A stretch of 20,000 nucleotides of DNA from Chiloscyllium plagiosum (lineage: Eukaryota): positions 43,634,086-43,654,085 of the forward strand of contig NC_057718.1 in the NCBI RefSeq assembly GCF_004010195.1, in the 5' to 3' direction. A program made the translations under genes and the position numbers. Below, piece after piece: positions 1 through 10,531 of this stretch. Position 1 is the first letter of the stretch, and every line of letters starts with the position of its first letter. The notes under the pieces were generated by a model. It made no database searches. It worked only from the letters and a program-made list of their open reading frames with translations, and had not been told where the DNA came from.

Positions 1-3000
1 CTATGTGTCAACTTATATGTCTAGAATATTTTAGCATGGTTCATAGATCTAGCACAAGAAAATTCAATAATCGTGCTGCAATATCATCTTTAATAATACA
101 TAGGTTCAATTTGAAAAGGTAAAATTATTCTTTAATGGAGAGTATTGATCGCCAATAGATGCTACTTAAGCAACAATGAACATGAAAAGGAGTGTATTAT
201 AGACTTTTCTTGACAGGTTTCTGAACTGCAACATCCTTGGTAAAGTACACTTGTTCCCCTGAGTAAATTGCTAGATTGACAAGTTTACATATAAACTAGT
301 TTTAAATTGGGTAAAAGTCAAAGAGGATGAATGCACTGTTGAAAATGAAATGGAAAATCTCATGTTGTTACTGTCAACTTTAAAATTACTGTCAAACAGA
401 TTTTCAGACAATGACAAGGTGTAATTTAAATGTGTACATTTTCCTTTCTTTTCACTGTTTTTTACAGACAGATATTTTCTGCAATTTTTTTCTTGCTTTA
501 TCATTTGATGTGCCAGAAACTTCTTTTAAGTTGACATGTCTTTAATCCTTTTAGCACCCTTGTTTATGGCTGCACTCAGTTCTCTCACTCATCATCTGTT
601 TTAAATATCACAAAGGTGCAACTAAGCAACAATTGGGTAAGAGGAGAAGTGATTGGTATATTATCAACATTGATGATAAACAGGCCACTAATCAATTTGC
701 ACTACTGATAATTTCATGACGAAGTTTCTTCTTCATAGGTTTTTAGTATTAATTACTTCAATAGTTTTGATCTGTGAAAAATATTTACCAATGTACCTAC
801 TTTGTTTTACTTTATTACAATGTTTTGTTAATTTTGGCATATTCAAGCTGACAAATGTTAATCATGGGCAGTGGGTTATCTTCAACTCAATTTCAGCACT
901 CAAGTCTGTTATGATTGTATAGATTATAATCAAATGAAGAGAAGTTAACTTTGGATTTCTCCTTATTTGACCATAATGGTATTTTGTTTGAGAAAAGGAT
1001 ATACTTACCAGCTCAGTGATTTCTCAACTATTTACGCACTATGACTATGAAAGAAACAATAGGACAGGTTTTCTTGAGTTCAAGAAAGGAAGGTTAGCTT
1101 TATGATGCTCAAACAAATCCAAGTTAAATAATTAATTGTAGACTTTCTCTCTTCCAGCATCCACCGGAATCTCAAGCAAACACAATACAGGTTATGGAGC
1201 GGGAAGGATACAGAGGTCAAATTACAGTCCATTTTTAAAAAAAGTGAAAGAAAATACAGTCAGTAGTCTGGTCACTCTGCTGGCTTCAGGTGAAATAGGT
1301 TGGTTTTCTGTTTTCAATACAAAGTTAATTAAAACTGAAGATGAATTAATTTGGAGATACAATTGAGGAATTGAGGTTTTTTTCTTTAAATATCTCTGCC
1401 TGAAGCAGATAGAAAGAGGAAGTCAAGCAACAGCATTTCTGGCCCAAAAGCTTGCAAGTTGGGTGGAGAGACAGCAAGGGAGAAAACAAAACGTACTTTA
1501 GCTTCTCAGGTGCTTATTTTGTTCTCCTGAGAAGGATATGCTTCAAAAACACAAAGGAGTTGGTTAGTTTTTTCACTGCTCTCTCCAACTGACCAGAAGT
1601 TCAAACGTGATTGCTCATTTTAATTGTATCGCAATGTGATCAGGTCCAGGAATTGCTGCTCTCAGTCAAATTTTCATTGTATGAGTGATTAGCTTTAATG
1701 GCCTGCCTCCAGCATTGTATGCTTGATTGCCATATGTTCCTTGTTCATGAGACAGGAGGTGGCAGCCCTTTTAACTTCCAGGGATTCGTTATCTTTTGGT
1801 GGGATGCACACTTGCTGTCTCATACTCAGTGGGGTTGTATTTTAAAAGTATTTTTGTTTTGTTTGAAAAGGCTACTTCTTATCAGTTCAGTTCATGTTTC
1901 CAGCCGATAGATTAAAAATCACAGTTTAGCACAGTTGACATGTGCAACTGACATGGCTCATTGCAGAGAGACACCCCTTTTTTTCAAGACAAACAGGGAA
2001 CTTCAGAATTACAAATTTTAGTACCTAGATAGTGACACTTCATTTATTGTGCACTCAAGTTCACTTGGAACTGAATTCACTTAATTTAGAAGCCATGAAG
2101 TTGGCAGGTCGGAGAGATAAATCCCATCCATCTGAGCTGCATCTTAATATCTGTCTCCTAAATAGAGTGTATTTAAACAATTATTGTAGCATGTTAACCT
2201 CTATGTAGTTCTTTGTGGTGGTAAATATACTTATCAATATTATGTGAAGTAGTCCTGTACCTGAATATGTACATTATAAATTCATACATTGCAGCTTTAA
2301 TGGAAACTACCCACTTAAAATGGTAGAATTTTAAACACCTGCTTACCAGTGATAGCATGGTAATGCTTCAGCTATAGTTCACAGAAACCTCTTTAATCTA
2401 ACTAACATTACAGGATCATTTTAATCTAACTCCACTTGTTCACTTCAACCATATCTTTAGGAAGACTATTGGCATTGATTACTTTTGCTCTGGCTTTCTT
2501 CAAGTATCCATCAATTCATGTCTCCAACCATCTGATCTTACCCTCTTCCTCTTTTGTTTTTACTTTCAATTACTTCTTTCATTGTTGTCAAGAGAAGGCT
2601 ATTGAGATGTTGTTTCTGAGTTGGATGTGTGGCTATCTCTCTCTGTCTCTCTAGGTATAATGAGCAACTTTTTGATTTCCTGAACTACTGTTAATCTAAC
2701 TCAATTATTTGGCTTTCTGGCCATGCAGCTTACTGAGCGCTCTGCACCATATGTGAGTTTCAGTAGGAGTTGTTTTCCTGGTACCTTCTTTCCTCAGAGC
2801 CCAAGTCTTAGAACTGTAGAATGGAGCACTGTATACTAGTGACTGCACTGGACCTTTATACAACTATATGCCAATACTTTGGACTTCTAGATTCCAGTTA
2901 GGTCATCAGGTGCAGCTATCTATAGCTCATTCAATCTGGATTTTGTTCTTTAGCATAACTTTAACAAGGGACTTAAAGTTTTCCAGTGCCTTTTGTCATT

Positions 3001-4204
3001 GTTTCCAATCTCGACTTTACCCTTGACACTTAAAGCTATAAAGTCAATCTTTTGCCTTATTTATGGTCAGTCAAAAGACTCACTGTGTCTTTGCGCCTGA
3101 TCAATTTAACTTGGTTAGTTTCCTGCTAGTTAGATTTATTTTGAATTGATTCTATCTTTATCCATGCATTGCAAACTGAAAAATTCAAATCAACCAAATG
3201 TTCCACCTGGGCCCTATTGCCTTTGCTCTTAACCTGCAGTAAGTTCAGTTAAGCAGGCAGCATATACACTGATCTGATGTCAGCAACGCAATGTTTAAAT
3301 AAACAAATTGATGCCATTATTGGACTCCAGCTGCTATGTTATCTTGACCTGCACAAACTGTTACATCTTTCCCACTGAAGCCAGACAAGGATCACAAACA
3401 AAAACAGTACTATAAGTATTCTTTATTTTTGATGAGATAGGGAAGGAAGTGCTGGGGTCTATTTCAACAGACACACCATTTCCAACTCTCCAGAGTGAAA
3501 TCTTTCCAAAGCCTTGGTGCTGAATGCTGTGAAAGACCATTTAAATGTCCACAAGCAGGCCAATAGGTACTTCCAGTTCACTCTGTTTCTGTTCCAAACT
3601 GGATGCCCGCTCTCAGTATATTATGAAGTCTAACAGCTGGTATTGCTGATGTTCTCTTTCTGCTATGGTGTGTAAGCCTCAAAGTGAAATGGGTGAGATC
3701 TGAAATAAAAATAACATGCTGGGATAATGAGTAGGCTTCCTCTGTTAAAGCCAATGGTTGTTGAAATTTCCCCAATGTTTGATCTTCAATTACACATGTA
3801 CGTGAAATGCCATATGATGCTAAATGCTTTCAAATTTTATATATTGACAGTATGAGCAGTCTCACAACCTCAAGGATAGCTAGTGCTGTGAATATGCTAT
3901 TAAGTGACAGTGGAGAACAATAAGCAGCAGTTAGCATTACATGACAACTTCAAACTGAGCTAATATCCTCAGATATGTCCTTCTTTTAAAAAAGGCTGTC
4001 ATATTGAGTATGCAGAAGTGTGAAATAACTTATGAATTCAATAGATGTTAACTTCAATCCTGATTGAAAGGTATGAAAATAAATATACACCTGTCAAAAT
4101 AGTCAAATATTTTGTAAAGGCATCCAAATGAGGAGTAATAACATCAATCTGAATATGGAGTGCAAAAATTGCAATGGCCATGCACTAAATCTTGTCGTAA
4201 TAAT

Positions 4205-4370
4205 TTTAATTTAGAATAGTGCCTTTTGCATTGTAAACTATCTAAAGAAAATCAGATAAAATTTGATACTGAGCCACATAAAGAGATATTACCCAAATGC
4301 TATGTCAAGAGATCTGTTTTAAGGAGGATTGTGAAGTAGTGGGGCAGAGAGATTTATGAAAGGAAATATT
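4205..4370 (-). mobile_element. Degenerate L2-like LINE 3' end fragment
   Basis: 'aaaatttgatactgagccacataaagagatatt...tgttttaaggagg' resembles, from recall, the reverse-complemented 3' region of abundant shark L2-type LINEs. Boundaries are approximate. Confidence 0.55.
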
Positions 4371-5054
4371 TTTTCCTGTACTCTACACTGATACCCCTGT
4401 CAATGAAACAGAAACACTCACTGTTGTTTTAATGTTTGAATTTCTCAGATCTCGCTAGCTTGTAGCCAATGGGCAATCTTTCGGTGCCAGAGGCCAGCTC
4501 CATCACCGAAGCATGTCTCTCCACTCCCTTAAGGAAAACAGCTTCCCACTCTTCTCCTACTCCCAACTTCACACCCATATTATTTTCCCCCCTCCCCCAC
4601 TGTTTTTCTCTTCAACCTCCTCCTCTTCTCCCACTTCTCCATCTCGCATTCTAATTCATTCAGTTTCTGTCTCTCTCTGTCAATCATTCTGCCTTCTCTC
4701 CAGAATGGAAAAAAAAGCAGGGCATCATAACAAGGTGCCGAGTATAAAGAAAGTTCACTCAAATTGACTCCCTGATATTTGCCAATACCTGTTACCAGTG
4801 TCATAAAAGGGATAAGTATAATTAACCATAACTTTCCCTGAGCATCTTAATATACTGGATCCTAAATTACCCAGGAATATTATCACAGGAGATTAGTTAG
4901 AACATATAGTTTATGCTTTAAATATATTTTTTTAAACTTCACTGTGCTAAGTGTTCTTGGTTTGTGAGATGCTGTAGTTAATTCTTGTATGAGAAATAAC
5001 ATCAATCTCAGGTGCATCAACATTACTGTTAACATTAAGAGCTACAATTAAGGG

Positions 5055-5177
5055 TCTTGTGGCAATATGATCATGTCCCTATGTCAGGGTTAGAAGGTCT
5101 GGTTTCAAATCCCACCTGGAATGTACTGGCCATTGGGTATATTATAACATGTTCAAATAGGTTGATTTTTATAAATA
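5055..5177 (+). mobile_element. Old short tRNA-derived SINE
   Basis: Degenerate A-box/B-box-like head (tgtggcaatatg...ggtttcaaatccc) followed by 'ataacatgttcaaataggttgatt', similar to a short shark SINE as I recall it. Lies directly upstream of the CR1 fragment. Confidence 0.45.
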
Positions 5178-5726
5178 TGGCTGAACAGGACATTGGTAGG
5201 CCACTTTTGGAATATTGCATTCAATTCTGGTCTCCCTGCTAGAGGAAAGATGTTGTTAAAATCAAAGATTTGCAGAAAAGATTTATAAAGATGTTGCCGG
5301 GTTTGGAGGGTTTGCGTTATTGGAGAGCTGGGGCTATTTTCCATGGAGCATTGAAAGTCTTATTAAAAGTACTTTAAATCATGGGGGGCATGGTTAGGGA
5401 GAATAGCCAAGGTTTCTTTCCCAGCGCAAGGGACTCCAAAACTAGAGGCCATAGGTTTAGAGTGAGAGGGGAAAAATTTAAAAGGGACCTAAAGGGCAAC
5501 TTTTTCACACAGAGGGTGGAGCATGTGTGGAATGAGCTGCCAGAGGAAGTGATGGAGGCTGGTACAATTACAACATTTTCAAGGCGTGGGTACATGAATC
5601 GGAAGGGCTTAGAAGGATATGGGCCAAATGCTGGCAAGTGGGACTGAATTAATTTAGGAAATCTTGTTGGCAGGTACGGGTTAGATCAAATGGTTTGCTT
5701 CTGTGCTGTACAGCTCTATGACTCTG
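5178..5726 (+). mobile_element. CR1-clade (HER1-like) LINE, 5'-truncated: ORF2 C-terminus plus 3' UTR
   Basis: Translates to RPLLEYCIQFWSPC and KTRGHRFRVRGEKFKRDLKGNFFTQRVEHVWNELPEEVMEAGT, typical of the CR1 ORF2 C-terminus. Contains stops and deletions, and ends in a ctctatgactct tail. Confidence 0.93.
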
Positions 5727-5895
5727 TAAAGGTCTTGAGATGCAGTGATAATATCATTAGTTACTTCACCTCTCAGCTGCTCTTGAGATGTATCCAAACA
5801 GCATGATCAACAATAATTATAGAGCCACCATTTTTTACCTCTTCCTCAAAGCATAAGGTAAAGTAATACTTAATGGTGTAGGATTATAACACTAA

Positions 5896-6942
5896 AGTCA
5901 TAGAGTCATAGAGATGTACAGCATGGAAACAGACCCTTCGGTCCAATCCGTCCATGCCGACCACATATCCCAACCCAATCTAGTCCCACCTACCAGAACC
6001 CGGCACATATCCCTCCAAATCCTTCCTATTCATATACCCATCCAAATGCCTCTTAAATGTTGCAATTGTACCAGCCTCCACCACATCCTCTGGCAGCTCA
6101 TTCCATACACGTACCACCCTCTGTGTAAAAAAGTTGCCCCTTAGGTCTCTTTTATATCNNNNNNNNNNNNNNNNNNNNNNNNNNNNNNNNNNNNNNNNNN
6201 NNNNNNNNNNNNNNNNNNNNNNNNNNNNNNNNNNNNNNNNNNNNNNNNNNNNNNNNNNNNNNNNNNNNNNNNNNNNNNNNNNNNNNNNNNNNNNNNNNNN
6301 NNNNNNNNNNNNNNNNNNNNNNNNNNNNNNNNNNNNNNNNNNNNNNNNNNNNNNNNNNNNNNNNNNNNNNNNNNNNNNNNNNNNNNNNNNNNNNNNNNNN
6401 NNNNNNNNNNNNNNNNNNNNNNNNNNNNNNNNNNNNNNNNNNNNNNNNNNNNNNNNNNNNNNNNNNNNNNNNNNNNNNNNNNNNNNNNNNNNNNNNNNNN
6501 NNNNNNNNNNNNNNNNNNNNNNNNNNNNNNNNNNNNNNNNNNNNNNNNNNNNNNNNNNNNNNNNNNNNNNNNNNNNNNNNNNNNNNNNNNNNNNNNNNNN
6601 NNNNNNNNNNNNNNNNNNNNNNNNNNNNNNNNNNNNNNNNNNNNNNNNNNNNNNNNNNNNNNNNNNNNNNNNGCCTCCAGTCTGAAAAACAACCCTCCAC
6701 CACCACCCTCTGTCTTCTACCTTTGAGCCAGTTCTGTATCCAAATGGCTAGTTCTCCCTGTATTCCATGAGATCTAACCTTGCTAATCAGTCTCCCAAGG
6801 GGAACCTTGTCGAAGTCCTTACTGAAGTCCATATAGATCACATCTACGCTCTGCCCTCATCAATCCTCTTTGTTACTTCTTCAAAAAACTCAATCAAGTT
6901 TGTGAGACATGATTTCCCACGCACAAAGCCATGTTGACTATC
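5896..6942 (-). mobile_element. CR1-clade (HER1-like) LINE, 5'-truncated within the RT domain and interrupted by the assembly gap
   Basis: Minus strand encodes IYMDFSKDFDKVPLGRLISKVRSHGIQGELAIWIQNWLKGRRQRVVVEGCFSDWR (CR1 RT). The left part is the ORF2 end and 3' UTR with a (ctctatga)n tail, read as agtcatagagtcatagag on +. Confidence 0.95.
6159..6671. other. Assembly gap (513 N)
   Basis: Run of N seen directly. Confidence 1.
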
Positions 6943-7069
6943 ATATTTATTTTGTATACAGGTGTTTCATAAAGTAACAGTCAAAGAGAGATCCTAAACA
7001 GTGACAGATTTGAAGCCCTACAGAACTTATAACTTCACAATCTCTGTTGGCAATTGGATTGAATGTGTT

Positions 7070-7381
7070 TAGATTAGATTACTTACTGTGTGGAAACAGG
7101 CCCTTCGGCCCAACAAGTCCACACTGCCCCGCCGAAGCGCAACCCACCCATACCCCCTACATTTACCCTTTACCTAACACTATGGGCAATTTAGCATGGC
7201 CAATTCACCTGACCTGCACATCTTTGGACTGTGGGAGGAAACCGGAGCACTCGGAGGAAACCCACGCAGACACGGGGAGAACGTGCAAACTCCACACAGT
7301 CAGTCGCCTGAGGCGGGAATTGAACCCAGGTCTCTGGAGCTGTGAAGCAGCAGTGCTAACCACTGTGCCACCATGCTGCCC
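7070..7381 (-). mobile_element. Full-length HE1-type tRNA-derived V-SINE
   Basis: Minus strand has a tRNA-like head (gggcagcatggtggcacagtggttagc...gggttcaattccc, with A and B boxes), a V-domain (tgtggagtttgcacgttctccccgtgtctgcgtgggtttcctccg...ttcctcccacagtccaaaga), a LINE-like 3' tail and (aatct)n repeats. A probable TSD aatgtgtt lies at 7062-7069 and 7385-7392. Confidence 0.92.
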
Positions 7382-8466
7382 ATTAATGTGTTACAAGTGA
7401 AATTAGCTCAGGCCAAACATTAGCTGCAGATATTATTAATTCATCTATCTTATTTACATCTAATGATTGATGTAAACATCTTTAAATTTTGATTCCTTGG
7501 TGGAGGTAAAGAAATTATTTTATATCTTGATATGTTCTACCTATATTATTATTGTACAATTCTGTAAATGTAGCACTTTATGATAACTGCAAATTTCTCA
7601 TTATACCAGTTAATGATATAATTTCAATGTTATTAGGAATAGTCATCCTGAAAATATAAGTATAACTGAGCTAAATTAAACAAGCTAGTCAGACTTAATT
7701 TGGAGCTTGAAATTTTAAAGAGAAAAGTAGTGTTAATTACAGCTTCATCAGCTGATTATGTGGAAACCTCTTTCGGTTTAGTGTAGCAAAATCAGGGAAA
7801 TGTGTAAAATGTTTAGAAAACCAAGAACATTAACTAAACCATCTCAGACAACATAATCCAACATTATTTATAACCAGACATTATTGGTCTGAATCTTTTA
7901 ATTTGGGTTGTAATCCCCATTTCTGACTCACATCAGGTTAGAAGTTTTTTGGCGACCTTTGAAGAAGTGTTTTTGGTGATCTTCTGGGCTAGAAACCTTC
8001 TGAGCTAAAGCACTACAGGTGAGATCAGGACTCCTTGCAGCCACCCAGACAGCAGGTTTGCATGAAAACCATGTTCCCTTTTTCAAATATCGACTGTATT
8101 CTGCTGCTGAGAAGGTATACATGTAAGGCAAGCAAGGGGTAGGGTAATACTTGGATGTTGGGATAGATTACTTGGTGTATGAAAGGGTAGATGACAAGTG
8201 AGCAACGGGTCCAGTTTGTACATCATTAGGGATATAGGTAGCAGGTGGGTGAGTGGTATATGTGGTAGCTGGGCGGCGGGATAGCATGCCAGGGGTGTCA
8301 GGGATATATGTGGCAAGTGGGTGATGGATTCGAGTGCCAAGTGGGCATTGATTTAGATTGCCAGGGTGTCAAGGGAGTACAGGTAGCAGGTGAATAAAGT
8401 GAATAGGGTGCCACATTAGTGAGGGGTTAGTATGTCAGGTGAATGAGAGTTACAGGTGGCATGACT

Positions 8467-8555
8467 GAGAAAGTAATGTTACTTGCATGGGTAGCTGCCA
8501 CTTGGATGAAGTTGTAGGGTGCTCATTGGATGAGGGAGTAAAGATTACATGTAGG
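8467..8555 (+). repeat. 89-bp direct repeat, copy 1
   Basis: Identical to 8625-8713 apart from one mismatch (8490 g vs 8648 c); offset 158 bp. Confidence 0.97.
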
Positions 8556-8624
8556 AACGTCGAATCTCCTGTTCCCTGGATGCTGCCTGACCTGCTGTGC
8601 TGTTCCAGCAATAAAGTTTCAACC
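8556..8624 (+). mobile_element. 69-bp Penelope-like retroelement terminal (pLTR) fragment
   Basis: aacgtcgaatctcctgttccctggatgctgcctgacctgctgtgctgttccagcaataaagtttcaacc resembles, from recall, the terminal repeat of elasmobranch Penelope elements. Its composition is distinct from the G-rich flanks. Confidence 0.65.
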
Positions 8625-8713
8625 GAGAAAGTAATGTTACTTGCATGCGTAGCTGCCACTTGGATGAAGTTGTAGGGTGCTCATTGGATGAGGGAGTAAA
8701 GATTACATGTAGG
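8625..8713 (+). repeat. 89-bp direct repeat, copy 2
   Basis: Matches 8467-8555 with one mismatch. Confidence 0.97.
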
Positions 8714-8954
8714 TGAGGGGGTACATTTGGCAGGGGGTTTCAGTTTATGGTGACAGGTAAGTGGGTGAGGGTTTAGGGTACACCAGTGTTTGGTGCAATA
8801 TCTTCATTTTGAATATCACTCAAATATCGGCTGTCTTATGAATTTACAACATTGAGAGGGATGATTTAACCTACATTGAAGTTTTGGTAAAACAATTCAC
8901 AATTCATTGTCCGATCTGTACTTTTTGAAGAATTCACGAAGATTGTGGTTCTGG

Positions 8955-9730
8955 GAAAGCTATTAGATATTAGTTTGTTAGTCTTTCAAATAGATTTTGA
9001 CAAAACACTAAATAAAGAGCTTCTCAACCAGATTGAAGACTTTGATATTTGTGACAGGGTACTGCACTGGATTGAGAAAAGACTGGAAGATGTTGCACAT
9101 ATTCATAGGACTACAGGCAGTACTCAGTATCTACAAGCAGATCTATAATTTGATTGGCCCATGACTGTTAAATAAAGTTTACAACAGAGATGTGAAGTGG
9201 TATGTTGGAAGGATTAATTGCTTTTATATAAACACATTGTTCAGGAAAAAGGGCGAACATTGAAGGAAAGAGATATGGGTGTTTTTATGTCTAGAACAGT
9301 AAAGGTCAAGACAAATTCTGGGAGACACTAGCCAGGGAAATTATGATACATTTACAGGATGATGCACAAAAAAACCCACAATATTTTGTCCTTGCACAAA
9401 ATCTTGGATAGTTTGCACTTACAATACTGTATCCAATACTGTACTGTTTCCTCACAATTTGAGTGATATTGAGGCTTTGGAAAGATGCAGGGGCTGCAAG
9501 TGAGATTTCATGGTTATGTTTTGATTGCTTAAGAGAGTTAGCGACAAATATTGCTTATTTTAATATTCTTAACTGAACTGGGCTTTTTATCTGCTTTTTC
9601 CTCCTTCTAAGAAAAGTATCCAGCCTCTATGAGGGGTGGGAAACATATGTATTATGATGTAGAAGATATGACATTTATGTAGGACAGTTGGATGAACTGA
9701 TAGATCTTCCCTGTCCACATCTTTGTATGT
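8955..9730 (+). mobile_element. Ancient, heavily deleted CR1 LINE remnant
   Basis: Collinear decayed ORF2 motifs: LDISLLVFQIDFDKTLNKELLNQIEDFDICDRVLHWIEKRL (cf. DFxKAFDKVPH...WIxNWL), LQADL, ERDMGV, LHKILDSLHLQYCIQ (cf. LYKSLVRPHLEYCVQ) and DIEALER, followed by a 3' UTR-like end. Confidence 0.75.
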
Positions 9731-10391
9731 GTTTGAAGTCCATCTCTGGGTTAAGCAGAGCATAGAAGTGACAAGCAGAAAAATAATACGTACTACTTGC
9801 TAGATATAGTGGCCAGGAGTTACCAGTGGCTATCAAAGTAATATTTTGCCTTCAGATCCTTTTAAGAACTGTGGGACACACATCTGGAGACTTCTATTTG
9901 CCAGTCTGCAAAAACAATAAAACTGGTAGTGATGTTTGGCATTTCTAGCAATTATTTGAATCTTATCTGTAGCATTGTCAGTCAGCATGAGTAGGTACCT
10001 AGCTTTACAGTATTGGCTGGCTTTCTACTGATGGAGGTCACTGTCAATTGCACACAAATGACAAACTTTACAAAATAACCAGGAGAGTTTGTGAACTTTT
10101 AGACCTTTCACTACATTGACATTCAGCTCGCCTGCAATCATGGAAAGATCTTTCTGAAGGAGTGTGCAAGAGAGGTGTGGATTTTTTGCAATGGTTTAAT
10201 CAAAAGACAATCACAATACCCTGGCATGTTGACGTCTATAAACACACTTAAAGATAAAATGAGAGATACCCATTCTAACATAGTAGGTGACATACAACAG
10301 ATACCTGAACAGTGAAACCCAACAGTGTATATTGGGTAAATAAAATAAAATAGCTACAGTGAATTCTGTACTATCACAAGGTATGTTCAAG

Positions 10392-10531
10392 CGGGATAAA
10401 GGGCTATGGGGAGCAGGCAGGAAAGTGTAGTTGAGACCAGGATAAGATCAGCTATGCTCTTGTTAAATGGTGGAACAGGCTCGATGGGTTGAATTGCCTG
10501 CTCCCACTCCTAATTCCTATGTTCTATGTTC
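10392..10531 (+). mobile_element. CR1 LINE 3' end fragment (different subfamily)
   Basis: gggataaagggctatggggagcaggcaggaaagtg...gatcagctatg...aatggtggaacaggctcgatggg... ending in a cctatgttctatgttc repeat tail. Confidence 0.85.

Noticed and set aside
2390..2620. Possible very old minus-strand CR1 3' fragment, with tttaatctaact repeated twice
   Set aside because: Similarity too weak to assert without an alignment.
4440..4740. Pyrimidine-rich tract with acceptor ctctccag and KKAGHHNK, reminiscent of a Harbinger Myb intron/exon junction
   Set aside because: Too decayed to support a call; the overlapping ORFs are low-complexity.
6134..6692. 183-aa ORFs in the track
   Set aside because: Artefacts of translating through the N gap.
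7047..7400. 117-aa ORF and tRNA-like sequence
   Set aside because: Antisense read-through of the V-SINE; the tRNA-like part is the SINE head, not a tRNA gene.
8467..8713. Repeat-spacer-repeat read as CRISPR or LTR element
   Set aside because: Eukaryotic context, only two 89-bp units, and no TG...CA termini, PBS/PPT or outer TSD.
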